From positions 352,904,001-352,968,000 of the forward strand of contig OZ024743.1 of assembly GCA_964016885.1 (NCBI GenBank): a stretch of 64,000 nucleotides of DNA, given 5' to 3'. The translations under genes were made by a program, and so were the position numbers. The stretch is from Eledone cirrhosa. Lineage: Eukaryota. The notes below the pieces were generated by a model. That model had not been told where the DNA came from. It saw only the letters and a program-made list of their open reading frames with translations, and searched no databases. Of the stretch, positions 1 to 11,823 are shown in pieces (positions within the stretch are counted from its first letter, which is position 1; the number at the start of each line of letters is the position of its first letter).

Positions 1-1884
1 ATCTGCCACCTTGAAGATCTCTAGGCTTTTGGTGATCCAAGAATGAGGCACCATGTCAAATGCCTTTTTGTAGTCTATCCATCCCATGGCAAGACCAATG
101 TGTCTCCTCTTGCAATTCCTCATTACCATCTTATCAATAAGTAACTGGTCCTTTGTACCACGGGACTTCTTTCGGCATCCTTTCTGTTCGTCCGGTAACA
201 AGTTGTTTGTGTGGAGGTGATGGTAGATTTCCTCAGACATAATGCTTGTCAACAGTTTCCACATTACGGACAGACATGTGATAGGTCTATAGTTGGTAAC
301 ATCATTACCCTTGATTCGGTCTTTCATTATCAGAACTGTGGTACCTTTTGTCAACCACTCTGGTACCTCACCCGACATCAAGCAGTCATTGAACATGGAT
401 GTCAGTTTCGGGTGGAGGGATGTTATATTTTTAATCCAATACCCCTGCACACCATCTGGGCCTGGTGATTTCCAGTTGGTTAGTTTTTTGGCCTGCCCCT
501 TAAGAGTTTCAACTGTAATACTCAAATCAGTTTGTTGGTGTGCCTGTTCACTAATCTCCTTTTGTACTGTCTCAATCCACACTGCCTGATCATCATGTTC
601 AACATCCTGCTCCCATATTCCTCTCCAGAATGTCTTAGTTTGTTCCGCCTCAGGGATCAAGTCGTTACCTCTTTCTTTCCCTTCAAGTTGTCCAAACAAC
701 ATCTTCTGGTTGTTGTCAAACATGCGGTTCTGTCTATACTGACTAACTCTGCTCTCGTATCGCCTAATTTTTGCACTCTTTGTTACAATGTGTTGCTTCA
801 GTTCCTCTATGATAATATTTAGCTTTTTCCTCCTAGTTTTGTACTTTATTTCCAGTCTATTTTTAGTGTCTATGTTTTTAAGTGTCCCATTCAGTAGGGA
901 CTCAAGCTTTCCAATGTCATTTCTCATTTCCCTGATTTGACCACTCAGTCGTTTCTTCCACCAAGGCTCTGATCTTTCTTGTTTGTTGTTTCCTCTCGCT
1001 TTAATACCAAGTAATTTCCTCACCGTATTTGCTGTTGCTTTGAGGATATTGTTGCACTGGTGAAGGCTCCCCGCCTCAAGGTATGGGATGACTTTGTTTA
1101 CCTTAGCTGTTGTTTCTTTTAACTTTTTCCTGTTTACAAATCTTAGGTTCATAGGTTTCCCACTATCATTGTTCAATTAATCTACAACTAAGTTTAGGAT
1201 ATCAACCAAATCTTGTCCTAGCCCGTCAGTATTCATCTCCTCAGTGGCCGTATCTTTGTTCCAGGTATTATTTATTTCAGCATTCAGATCATTGTCTGCT
1301 TCGGATGGTTCCTCTGTTCTCTCAACCTCTTCACCTTCATTTCCCACTGGCTCGTTTGCCTGGCATACTCCACTCTCCATTTCCAAGCTAATCTCTCTGC
1401 TCAGTTCCTCCAGTTCCAGCTCGCTTATCCACCCATTAGTTCTTATTACCCGAGCCTGCCCGGCCAATTTTTGTTCATCTAATTTAAATAGACCAATCTC
1501 GTTCCAGATGTTATGCATCCGTTTCCTATAGCCTTTCTCCTTGGGGTTACTCTTCAGGTAATATTGCATAACAGTTCTATTCAATTCTTTCGTCCAGTTG
1601 GTTCTGGTCCCTTTCCTTCTTCTTCTTCTTCTTCTTCTTCTTCTTCTTCTTCTTCTTCTTCTTCTTCTTCTTCTTCTTCTTCTTCTTCTTCTTCTTCTTC
1701 TTCTTCTTCTTCTTCTTCTTCTTCTTCTTCTTCTTCTTCTTCTTCTTCTTCTTCCGACACCAGCAGTATTTGGTTGACAGCCAGGTCCCTGCTGCTGAGC
1801 CAGGGAGCACCTGTTGGGTGAGAGTCTGTCACATGACATTCTAGTCTCCACTTCACCGTTATTCGAACTGTTTAGGTTCGACAT
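1..1884 (-). pseudogene. Single ORF of R4/Dong-like element #1 with one in-frame TAA at 1177-1179
   Basis: Manual translation continues in the same frame past the stop (LNNDSGKPMNLRFVNRKK...) through RT motifs to the window edge. Confidence 0.85.
1617..1754. repeat. (TTC)46 / (GAA)46 microsatellite inside the element #1 ORF (poly-Arg)
   Basis: Perfect 138-bp trinucleotide run. Confidence 0.97.
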
Positions 1885-2084
1885 TTAAACACTCTTATCG
1901 AGGATTGGCGAATGTATGGTTACATAACCACCGCTAATTTCATCACCTCCGGTGATTTCGTCACTCCCGGTGATTTTTGTGTGGCATTATCACGCTGTAG
2001 ACAAACATAAATAAACAAACAAACAAACAGGCAAAACAAAAAAAAAACAAAAAATGAATAAGCATAAGTTTCATTGTAATGTAA

Positions 2085-2105
2085 TATTATTATTATTATT
2101 ATTAT
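2085..2105. repeat. (ATT)n tract: (AAT)n tail of Dong-like #2 and junction to #1
   Basis: tattattattattattattat directly after the 3'UTR of the minus-strand element. Confidence 0.9.
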
Positions 2106-2248
2106 AGTTGCATTTATCTTGCTTTATGTTCATACGAGTTATCACCAAGTCACAACCAGTGACCTCAAGAGACAACAAGGTCCGCCATGTTCAAGAAAGA
2201 ACATATATACTCACACATGCATCTTTAGTGTTTAGACTTGTGATGTAC

Positions 2249-2630
2249 TTATATTGACAGAATCTTCCTTAGTATATGGGCAGTTCCCATTAGTACTATC
2301 TTTTGTATTTCTCCTATACGCGGGTTTCCTGGGATTTGCGATAAGTAATCAATAGACCCCTTAGGTATCATTCCCAGAGCGCCTACAACCAGTGGTATTG
2401 TTTTAGTTCTCAATTTCCACATTTTTCCAATTTCTATCTCCAGGTCCTTATACTTGCTCAATTTTTCAAATGTTTTTATAGATACATTCTTGTCTATTGG
2501 AACAGACATATCAATTAGCAGGCATACCCTCTTTTTAAAGTCCTTCAATATTATATCAGGTCTATTTGCATCTATTTTTCGGTCTGTTTGGATGCTAAAG
2601 TTCCACAGGATTGAGATGTGATCTTTTTCA
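2249..2630 (-). pseudogene. Restriction-like endonuclease (PD..D) C-terminal domain of Dong-like #2, out of frame
   Basis: ILWNFSIQTDRKIDANRPDIILKD..CLLIDMSVP..KLSKYKDL..IPLVVGALG. Confidence 0.9.
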
Positions 2631-5600
2631 AGTGGGCAGGTCAAAATGATGGGGCAGGTCAAAATGATGGGGCAGGTCAAAATGCTTACACATTATCCAA
2701 TGTATGTATTGTGCAGCTCTGTCATGCCTGTTTAGGTATTCGGTTGGAGCTATAGGACTGCACATTGAAATTATATGGTCAATGGTCTCTGGTTGTTTTT
2801 TGCATACACGGCATAATGGGCTGCATCCATTTTTTATTATGTTGGCTTGGTAATTTTTTGTTGGCAGACACTGATCTTGTGCTGATCTAATCAGTCCTTC
2901 AGTCTCTGATTTCAGTCCAGAGGATGCCAACCACTGATGGGTTAAAGTTTTGTCAACATCAGGATTGTTAGCTCGCTCTGGGTATTTTCCATACAGAGGC
3001 TTTTCTTGCCATTTCTTAGCCAGTTTCTGTAGCAGTTCTTTCTTTGCAGTTACTTTTACCTGCTTTGCTTTTTCTGTGTTTTCCATTTCAGCAGTAAATG
3101 GGACTTCTGAAATTTGTAGTCCATTACTGTATCTTTGTGCATCTTTTGTAATGGAATATGATCTTTTGATGCTTTCGTGTTTCAAAACGAGTTTGATCAT
3201 CCAATCATGTGATTCCCTTAGATATGTAGATAATCCAATTGTCGCAGTTTTCAACGCAATGTCTAACTGGATTAACCCACGTCCTCCTTCTTTCCTAGGG
3301 AGATATATTCTATCTATATCTGCCTTAGGGTGATGCATTCTGTGCATGGTTAAGAATTTTCGAATTTTTGTATCGAGCCTACGGATCTCTGTGCTTGACC
3401 AGTTGATGACATTGTAACTGTAGGTTACTACTGGTATGGCAAGCGTGTTTATGGCATCGATCCTATTCCTTGCATTCAATTCCGTTCTTAAGATTGCTCT
3501 TACTCTGCGGTAACATTCCTTCCTTATCCTTTCCCTCATTGTCGAGTGCTTGATTCCGTCTCCTTCACAAACACCTAGATATTTGTAAGTTTTTTCTTGA
3601 TCAAGTTGTCTTATCACGTTCCCCCGATCAAGATTAATGTCTGAACTCTTCAGCAGCTTTCCTCTGGTGAACGTTGCTTTGGCGCATTTATCTAGTCCAA
3701 ACTCCATTTTAATGTCATCACTGAACTGCTCCACAGTGGATAATAGCCCTTGCAATTGTTCATCATTTTTTGCAAATAGTTTCAGGTCATCCATGTAGAA
3801 CAGGTGATTAATGGTTTTGTCATAGACTTTATATCCATGTTTTGTTTCATTGAGCATTTTACTTAATGGTATAAGTGCGATGCAGAATAAAAGCGGTGAT
3901 AAAGAGTCACCCTGAACAATTCCACAATTAATATTAACTTCTCCAGCTTCCCGTGATTTTGTTTCACTATTCAAAAGGAGTGTCGTTTTCCATGTCTTCA
4001 TACTGAATGACAAAAACCTCCTGACAACGGGGGATATTTTGAAAATCTCTAAACATTTTTCAATCCAACTGTGTGGCAAACTATCGAATGCTTTTTTATA
4101 ATCTATCCAAGCAATCGATAGATTTTTGTGTCTATTATGACAATCTTCCAGTATCATTTTGTTAACCAGAAGCTGATCCTTACAGCCATATGAGCCTCGT
4201 TTACACCCTTTCTGCTCAATGGGAAATAGGTCATTTGTTATCAGGTGGTCATATGTGTATTCAGTTAGGACTGATGTTAAAATGTTATACATTGTGGTCA
4301 AGCAAGTTATCGGTCTGTAATTTTTGGGATTGTTTGTCTCATCATTCTTCGGAAGCAGGAATGTAATGCCGTTAACTAGCCATGATGGTATCTTTTCTGG
4401 CTCCTTAACTATTTCATTGTAAAGTTGGGCTAACAGCTCATGAGACTCTGTGAAGGCATTTATCCAAAAGTTTTGTATTTTGTCTTTTCCTGGGGATTTC
4501 CATTTGCTGGTTTTTCTTAGAGCCAAGCACAACTGTTCAACTGTTATATTTTCCCATATTTGTTCCTCAAGGTGAGCTGTATCTTTCATTTGTCTGTCTA
4601 TCCATGGGGCATGTATGTTATGAACTTTTTCTTCGGCCCAGATCTTTTCCCAGAATTCTTGCACTTCCTCCTTGGGTGGTCTTGATTTAGCAGTTATTGT
4701 TGACTTACCAATTTTTCTGTAGAAGTTTCTTTGGTTGTTTTTGAACATATTATTGTCCTTATAGAATCTAGATCGTTTTTCAAAGCGCCTTATACGAGCA
4801 GCTTTGGCCAACACTTTTTGCTTGATTATTTCTATCAGCATGTCTATGTCACATGTTGATTTTATACTGTACTTTTTTTTCAATTTTCTAAGTTTAGTTT
4901 GTTTAACATGTTCACCTACTTTATAGTTTGTTAAAATTTCTATGTCAGATCGGAGAAGGTTTATTTGGCGATTGATGTTCTCTTGCCAAGTAGATTTCTT
5001 GTGGGAATTCCTTTGTTTTTTCATCTTCACTCCACATAAGTGAGTGGTGACTTTAGCCGATGCATAATAGAGATGATTTAAATCAGTAATGTTTAGTTTG
5101 TTTGTGATGATAATGTTTTTGAGAATTATGTTAGTCTTGTGTATTATCTTTTGGTTCTGTTTGGAGTTCTGGATCTTAGGGAGGGTGTCTCGTTGCCCCA
5201 TGTCAGATTCTTTCATTTTCATCCATTCGATCATAATTTCATCCTTCAAGTTGGCAAGTTCATTCTCATTCATTTCTTTATCATTTACGATCTCATTATT
5301 TTCATTTGGAGTTTCATCCTGAGCATGCACTCCCTCCACTTTTTCGATCCTTTCTTTAATTTGTTCTGTTGCCAGTGATTCCGCCCCAACCCTGGGGTTC
5401 GAAGTGTTACAGTTTACCTCGTTTTCACTGACACATGTTTCATTTTCCCTTCGCTGACTTTGTGCTAATAGCTTGATCTGATCAATTTCTGTATCAGTTA
5501 GTAACTTTTTTCTTACAATATTTCTTCGTATATTGGCTAGTTTGTTACTATCAATATAGCCTCTGTTTTCGGGATGTTTCTTTTTCCAGTTGATATATGT

Positions 5601-5897
5601 CTGTTCTGTATTCGATGTATTTGATGGGTAGTACATGGCAGTGTAGAAAGCCTCAAGGACTTCTTTATTATCTTCCCTTGACCATTTTTCTCTCTTTTTC
5701 TTTGGATTTCTTGGTGGTGAGCATGGAGGGCCAACAGTAGGAGTATTCCGGTTATGGGAGGTCTCCAGCTCCGAAGTGATGGGAAGGTTTGAACCATTAG
5801 CTGATTTTTCGACCCCAGTCTGGTTCCTCTCTGAGGGACGCGGCCCTTTTTTACCCGGGTGACGGCCGATCCGGTATGAGATTTTATCATTAGACAT
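2628..5897 (-). CDS. RT-containing polyprotein of Dong-like #2, cut before the RLE domain by a local rearrangement
   Basis: ORF track 1089 aa with complete RT motifs and zinc knuckle. Confidence 0.92.
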   Translation of the reverse strand: MSNDKISYRIGRHPGKKGPRPSERNQTGVEKSANGSNLPITSELETSHNRNTPTVGPPCSPPRNPKKKREKWSREDNKEVLEAFYTAMYYPSNTSNTEQTYINWKKKHPENRGYIDSNKLANIRRNIVRKKLLTDTEIDQIKLLAQSQRRENETCVSENEVNCNTSNPRVGAESLATEQIKERIEKVEGVHAQDETPNENNEIVNDKEMNENELANLKDEIMIEWMKMKESDMGQRDTLPKIQNSKQNQKIIHKTNIILKNIIITNKLNITDLNHLYYASAKVTTHLCGVKMKKQRNSHKKSTWQENINRQINLLRSDIEILTNYKVGEHVKQTKLRKLKKKYSIKSTCDIDMLIEIIKQKVLAKAARIRRFEKRSRFYKDNNMFKNNQRNFYRKIGKSTITAKSRPPKEEVQEFWEKIWAEEKVHNIHAPWIDRQMKDTAHLEEQIWENITVEQLCLALRKTSKWKSPGKDKIQNFWINAFTESHELLAQLYNEIVKEPEKIPSWLVNGITFLLPKNDETNNPKNYRPITCLTTMYNILTSVLTEYTYDHLITNDLFPIEQKGCKRGSYGCKDQLLVNKMILEDCHNRHKNLSIAWIDYKKAFDSLPHSWIEKCLEIFKISPVVRRFLSFSMKTWKTTLLLNSETKSREAGEVNINCGIVQGDSLSPLLFCIALIPLSKMLNETKHGYKVYDKTINHLFYMDDLKLFAKNDEQLQGLLSTVEQFSDDIKMEFGLDKCAKATFTRGKLLKSSDINLDRGNVIRQLDQEKTYKYLGVCEGDGIKHSTMRERIRKECYRRVRAILRTELNARNRIDAINTLAIPVVTYSYNVINWSSTEIRRLDTKIRKFLTMHRMHHPKADIDRIYLPRKEGGRGLIQLDIALKTATIGLSTYLRESHDWMIKLVLKHESIKRSYSITKDAQRYSNGLQISEVPFTAEMENTEKAKQVKVTAKKELLQKLAKKWQEKPLYGKYPERANNPDVDKTLTHQWLASSGLKSETEGLIRSAQDQCLPTKNYQANIIKNGCSPLCRVCKKQPETIDHIISMCSPIAPTEYLNRHDRAAQYIHWIMCKHFDLPHHFDLPHHFDLPT
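2634..2684. repeat. 18-bp period tandem triplication (gggcaggtcaaaatgatg)
   Basis: Three copies encoding HFDLPH-HFDLPH-HFDLPT-stop on the minus strand. Confidence 0.95.
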
Positions 5898-6138
5898 TTA
5901 CTTTATTTTGTCGCGTTTTATCCTTATCCGCCAAGGGGTAATCATTTCGTGTTACCACTTCTAGAACGAGTGTCAACCAAGACTAGAGGGGTCGTTCTTC
6001 CCTAGAGACACGGCTATTCCCTGCCGGCCGCCATCCCGGTATTTCTTGGTCACGGGGTTTTCTTTTTGTTGTTTTTTTCAAATTGTTATTATCATGAGTG
6101 GTTCCTTAATGTGAGCATTGCGTGGCTTAAGAATGAAA

Positions 6139-6194
6139 TTATTAATAATTGTCTCCACTCCAGGCACAAGGCCAGCAATCACCCAGTGCATTAC
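6139..6194 (-). mobile_element. 3' fragment of tRNA-derived SINE family 1
   Basis: ggcacaaggccagcaatcacccagtgcattac matches the SINE copies at 37292 and 55875. Confidence 0.8.
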
Positions 6195-6196
6195 AA

Positions 6197-6197
<1 letters not shown>

Positions 6198-6233
<36 letters not shown>
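6198..6233. repeat. (ATT)12 tract preceding Tx1-like copy 1
   Basis: Perfect run. Confidence 0.95.
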
Positions 6234-6446
6234 GGCGACCTACGTAGTAAATCGTATCATCGTGAGCTCCGCAAAGGTTTGTTATTTTCAGTTGTTCAAA
6301 ATTGCCATTTATGGAAAATTTTATTGTTAACTGTATATAAGTGCACATACATTGTTATCTGAAAAGGACACCCAAAAAGATTGGGGCCTTGAGCCCAAAA
6401 TTTAAACTTTTATAATTATCAAACAAAAATTTTTCTTTGAAACATC

Positions 6447-8397
6447 ATGGCTGACTCAGAGTCACTCCTTTCTCACAAACTAACACCTCACACCGACACC
6501 ACCATTGTAAATATTTCTTCGTTTGCCAACACTAAAAATATAAGCAGTAGCAATATTTTAAATTTGTCTCAGGCAGACATTCATTTCCCGCCATTACCAA
6601 TGACTGCAGGTATTAAAGCCGCTACCACCCCCACCACCACCGCAACAACAGAAACAAAAGAAAAAAATAAATTAACTCGTGATATCGAAATGATTTCACC
6701 CAGAATGAACTCTTCCACACCGAACACCACTGACGCCACCACCACTACAACTGAAACTAAAATTAACAATAACAAAAATAACGATAACAACAACAGCAAC
6801 AATTAGAATAAGAAAACCACCCTGAGTTTTGCCAGAGTAGCAAAACAGTGCGAAGCATTTACGGTAACTCAGGAGGATTTAGAAAATGCCAAACAAATGG
6901 TAAAAAAAGATGGGTACAGGGTCAGCCTCCCCCCCCACCACCAAATAAAATGGAGCATCGGCGCCTATGCACCGTGTCGTATCGAACTATAAATGTAAAA
7001 TCGCGCCGAGTGGGACGGGCATCCGAGTCCCAAATCCAAAAAGCTTTGGGACATGTGTGGGCAAGAAAAACCCACACCAGACGTGGGCAGAAGTATGGAA
7101 CCGTGGACGTGTTCTTTGAAACACCAGAGGAGGCTAGAGAACACTCCATGGCCCCATTAAGAAGTGACGAATTCACACTCGTCCCAAGCTATTGTGGCCA
7201 GAGACTCGTAAAGATCAGGGTGATCCACGTTCCACCGGCCATCGAAATTCCCTGGCTAATAGCGGCCGTCCTCGCCGGCATCGAAGCCAACACAAAGATA
7301 ATAGCAATAGCAAAAGAAAAGCAGGAGAACTGGTCCGGATCTGGGATGGAGCTCCTGATCCAAGCGGACCAAAAAAGCATTGAGGAGATCCCAGAGGTAA
7401 TAGACCTCACTGACGGCAGCCACCTCACCGTAATTGTCGAGGGCAGAAGGCCTAGGTGTGTCGTTTGTGGTGAAGGAACCCACCTAAGGGCTTTCTGCCC
7501 TCAGGCTAAAAGGTTGAGGCCACCTCTCCTACCCACCCCAGTGACTCAACCATCAACACCACCAGTAGCAGAGATGGCAGCAACAACTGTAGCAGCAACA
7601 ACAGAAGCAACTATAACAGCAACAACCCCAGCAACAGTAGCAAAACCAACACCACCACCACCAGCAAAACCAACACCACCACCACCCAACGCTTAAGAAC
7701 TAGCCCCAGCGCCTACACCATCCACCACGCCACAACCAAAACTAACGCCTGTGGAGGATTTTCCACTCCCCGGCCTATCACAACTGGAGACAGATTGTGA
7801 CGACGAGGAGTGGGAAACGGTATCAGGAAAAAAAAAGAAACCAAAAAAGAAAAAATTCTCTTCCTTCCCCCTCCAAAAACAAAATACAGAGGGAAACAAA
7901 TAAATTAACAAACAAAAAAGTTAGGACAGATATGCCACCATCCACACCAGCATCACCAACCCCATCAACCCAAACACCAACACCATCACCATCAATAACA
8001 CCAACACCACCATCACCTACACCACAAAAGTCACCAAAATGCGAAACAGAAACAAACCCACAACAAACGCAAACAAAACAAAACAACCAAAACGATACAC
8101 ACTACACAGCATTAAATTTGAACAACAACCAATTATTACACTACATCCAACACAACACCAACCAGCATCACAGAAAAAGACTACACAACAACCCAAAAAT
8201 TCACACCACCTCCACACATACAAATCACTCGCATCACACAGAAAACGTACATGACACTAAAACAAAAATTAAACAAAGACATCGGAGACTTCCGACAAGC
8301 ACTCTCTAGGAGGATTTATAAGGACATCCTTCCTGAGGAGGCCACAAGCAGTGAAAAGGATGGAAAAACCGTCCTCCCCCTACGAGAAGTAAGGTAA
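6447..8397 (+). pseudogene. ORF1 type A (gag-like, CVVCGEGTHLRAFC knuckle), disrupted
   Basis: Stops at 6804 and 7694 plus homopolymer frameshifts. Collinear with the copy 5 ORF1. Confidence 0.85.
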
Positions 8398-8431
8398 GTG
8401 GTCTTTCCCATCTTTTCCACTCCTTTTCAAC

Positions 8432-11400
8432 ATGACCTCACTCAGAATAGGCAGCATAAATGCGCGTGGCTTGGGATCGTCATGGAAGCAGGGCCACCTG
8501 CTCAACGACCTCAGGTCACTAAACATAGATGTAGTGGCCATCAGCGAGACCAGAATCTCCGAAGCACGGGCCTTCGCACCGATCCTCGACGGCTACGATG
8601 TGTACGCATCTCCCAGCCGTCCGGGATCGGGGGGAGGAGTTGCTGTGCTTTTTCGGAGAGGTTCGGATCTTGCCATACGGGCCATCTTCCTGGACCCAGA
8701 AGGTAAGTTGGTGGTGCTGGACGTGACCAGCGGAGAAGGGCAAGCTTTCAGGCTAGTGGCCGTCTATGCCCCGACAGGAGCAGGGCGGCCTGATTTCTTC
8801 CGGCGTCTGGAAACCTTTCTTGGAACGTCCCGCTCTTTAGTGTTAGTGGGCGACTGGAACGGGATCTTAGATGCACGCTGGGATTGTGTGGGATTAGTGG
8901 ATAGGGAAGGAGGCTGCAAGAGTCTCACCAACCTGCTCAGGCGTTTTGAACTGTCTCACAGGTACCGAATGGATTTCCCGAATGTACCAATGTGGACTTG
9001 GACAAATCACATAGGGTCATCCAGATCATATCTAGATAGAGTATTTTGTAGGGAAATAGATAGGTCTAGCATAGGCTGTCCACAATTCAAGATAGTCAGC
9101 TACACGGACTACAAATTCGTGATCTGTGTGCTTGACTTAGATAGGCTTCATAGACGAGGACCCGGTTAATGGAAGCTAAACGCGTCCTTACAAGCGCGCA
9201 AGGCCTACAGAGACCGGATTAGCGAACTAGTTAAGCGGGCGTTGACGGGGGCCATCGTCAACAACAAGTGGTGGTTTGCTCTGAAAAGAGCAATTAGAAT
9301 AGAGTCCATTAGGTTTAGTAAGGCTTTAGCAATAGAGAAAAATAGAGCAGAGGGAGAATTAGTTAGAAAATTAGACGAGGCGCTTAGCAAAGGCATCGCG
9401 ATCGACGTACTTGCGGCGAAATTGGCCCTTGACCAATTCTTCAATGCAAAGCACGAAGGCTGTGTTGTCAGAGCTAGGGTACGTGCTCTCAGACACGAGG
9501 GGACGAAAGCCGTTCAATGGGCCCGAGTGGCGGAGGCGCGTCGTGGCAATAAAGCCACGATCCGGTCTTTGGTGGACCACGACGGGCGCATGCTACTCGA
9601 TCCCGGGCAAATGTGTGAAGCTTTTCAGCGACACTTCGCTCAACTGTTCGGGGGCAGTGGCGGGCCGGATCGAGGGATGGACTTTAGTGTCTACCTCGAC
9701 GGACTGCCGCGGCTTTCGGCCACTGAGGCGGAGTGTTGCGAAAAGCCGATAACAACCGCTGAAGTACGGGAGGCAATGACTGGCTGCACAAGGGGTAAAT
9801 CGCCTAGTTTGGATGGTCTGCCCTATTAACTTTACGTACAAATGCCAGACTGGTTCGGAGGCAACAGAACGGGAGAATTCCCAGCTCTGTGAGCCGAGGA
9901 GCGGTGGCGCTGCTGAGAAAGGATCCGAACAAGGGGGATAACATAGATAGTTTTAGGCCCATAACTCTGCTAAACACAGAGTTCAAGATTTTGGCCAAGG
10001 TGCTAGCAAAGAGGTTGGCGCTTGTCGTTGGTGGTCTGGTGGGAGAGGCACAGACATGCGCCATTCCCGACAGATCCATCCACGACAACCTCCACCTCAT
10101 GCGATACATCGTAGAGAGGGTAGCTAGGGAACCTGGCACGGGTGGGTCTTTGATCAATTTAGATCAGTCGAAAGCCTTCGATAGGGTTGACCATCGTTAC
10201 CTAGCGGCAGTCCTGAGGGCGGCTGGTTTTGGGCCCGTCTTCAGAGGCTGGATCGCTGCCATGCACAGCGACATCTGCTCTGTAGTGAGAGTGAACGGTC
10301 ACCTTTCGGAACCGTTCAACATCATGCGCTCGGTCCGCCAAGGATGTCCCCTCTCGTCCCTATTGTACGTATTGACTCTCGAGCCATTACTGCACAAACT
10401 GGAGACGTTGAGCGGGGTCCCGCGCGAACTAGGATGCGGAAGATCCGTGTCAGCATATGTGGACGATGTCACCGTAGTGGTGTCGAACGCCAAATACATC
10501 GAGGCGATCGGCACTACACTAAGAGAATACGAAGCGGTGACAGGAGCAATGATCAACCAGGAAAAGTCAGTGGGCCTGCAGCTCGGCACCTGGAGAGGCA
10601 GGTCCATGCCGTCCAACAGCGTCGTCGGGCGCTGGACGGATGGACCGGTTAAATTGCTAGGGGTCTGGTTCGGTCCAGACCTCCAGACGGACAAAAACTG
10701 GGACGAGGTGACGAGCAGGGTGGCTTCTCTCACCCAGAAATGGGCGGAGAGGAAGCTATCCCTGAAAGGTCGAGCGGAGGTGGCGAATGCGTACATCGCG
10801 TCCGTCATCTACTACCGCCTGACCGTCGTACCTTGTCCTAAGCCCCGCCTGACTGCGCCGGAGCGTTTGCTCTTACGCTTCTTGTGGAAGGGACGCGCTC
10901 CGATGGTCAGGCGGTCCATCTTTTGTCAACACCCGCTACGTGGAGGGCTGGGCATGCCGTGGCTCATGATGCGCAGACATGTGCTCAGGCTACGACATCT
11001 CCACCTCTTCCTCGACGGTGATCAGGTGTGGTCGCCGTTTGCTAGACATGTTTTTCCCCAGCTCGTCTCCTTGACGGAGCTGCAGTCCTGGGTCAAGCGA
11101 AGACCGAGAGGGAGCGCTTGGAGCCTGGAACGTCTTCAGGCGCTCACAGCCCTCGACCAATCGGGCAATGTGATCGGTGGAAACTCCACCTTGGCGTTCT
11201 ATAGGGGATTAGTGGAGGGGAAGAGCGACGACGTACTTGGAGAAACTCTAGGCGTCGACGAAAATCAACTAGCCAATCTCTTCGGAAGGACTTTCGGGCC
11301 GGGGCCTATGGACAACTTCCAGAAATCCCTGGCCTGACAGTGCTACCGAGGAGCTTTGCCAGTTCGGGATAAACTCTACAGGCATCGAGGTGCCGTCAGC

Positions 11401-11823
11401 CGGGCATGTCCGAGATGCGCGCAGGGCGACGAAACCGTCCTGCACGCACTCGTCCAGTGTCCGAGCATTGCTGACTTGTGGGTTTATGTCGAACACCTGC
11501 TGTCACGTGTAGGACGGATCCAGCTATCAGCTGAGTCCATCGTGAGGATTGCCCCGCCCTCTTCCTTTAGCCGGGAAGGGCAGGCAGTTTTTATCTCTCT
11601 GGTGGCCATGGCGAAAGAGATAGTATGGTGGACACGTTTGAAAGGGCTGAAGACGAGCACTTACCTCTTCGGTGATGCCCTGATTAACTTTTTCAAATTT
11701 CATTTGAAAAGGAAAATCAGGGTAGAGAGGGAAGTGCTCTCTTCCCAGCATTTTGTTGAAAGATGGGTGAGAGAAGCAAGTATGGCCCGAATGAATGGGC
11801 CTTCTCTGAGTATGTGTTTGTAA
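8432..11823 (+). pseudogene. ORF2 (APE endonuclease, RT, CCHC), disrupted
   Basis: SINARG, ISETR, VYAP, VGDWNG, SYLDR; RPITLLN, KAFDRVDH, RQGCPLS, YVDD; CPRC..HALVQC. Stops at 9167, 9827 and 11335 plus a short deletion. Confidence 0.93.

Larger units (their letters stand above)
1..2084 (-). mobile_element. R4/Dong-like (RLE-type) non-LTR retrotransposon #1, 5' half, running off the left edge
   Basis: Minus-strand frame from ATG 1884 gives an N-terminal WTKELN..YY..GYRKRMHNIW domain. It then reads WKSPGPDGVQGYWIK, NYRPITCL, EQKGCRKKSRGTKDQLLID, WIDYKKAFDMVPHSW (RT). It begins right after the (AAT)n tail of element #2. The 5' boundary is approximate. Confidence 0.88.
2106..6090 (-). mobile_element. 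R4/Dong-like non-LTR retrotransposon #2, near full length
   Basis: 1089-aa ORF with RT (KSPGKD, YRPITCL, WIDYKKAFDS, GIVQGDSLSPLLF, HLFYMDDLKL, YKYLG) and CCHC (CRVC..ETIDHIISMC). The RLE domain follows, then a ~140-bp 3'UTR and (AAT)n tail. The 5' boundary is approximate. Confidence 0.93.

Noticed and set aside
10299-10808. Recurrent antisense and alternative-frame ORFs (169, 115, 102 aa and others) in every Tx1-like copy
   Set aside because: These are shadows of near-identical GC-rich ORF2 copies with no motifs. Their recurrence reflects copy identity only.
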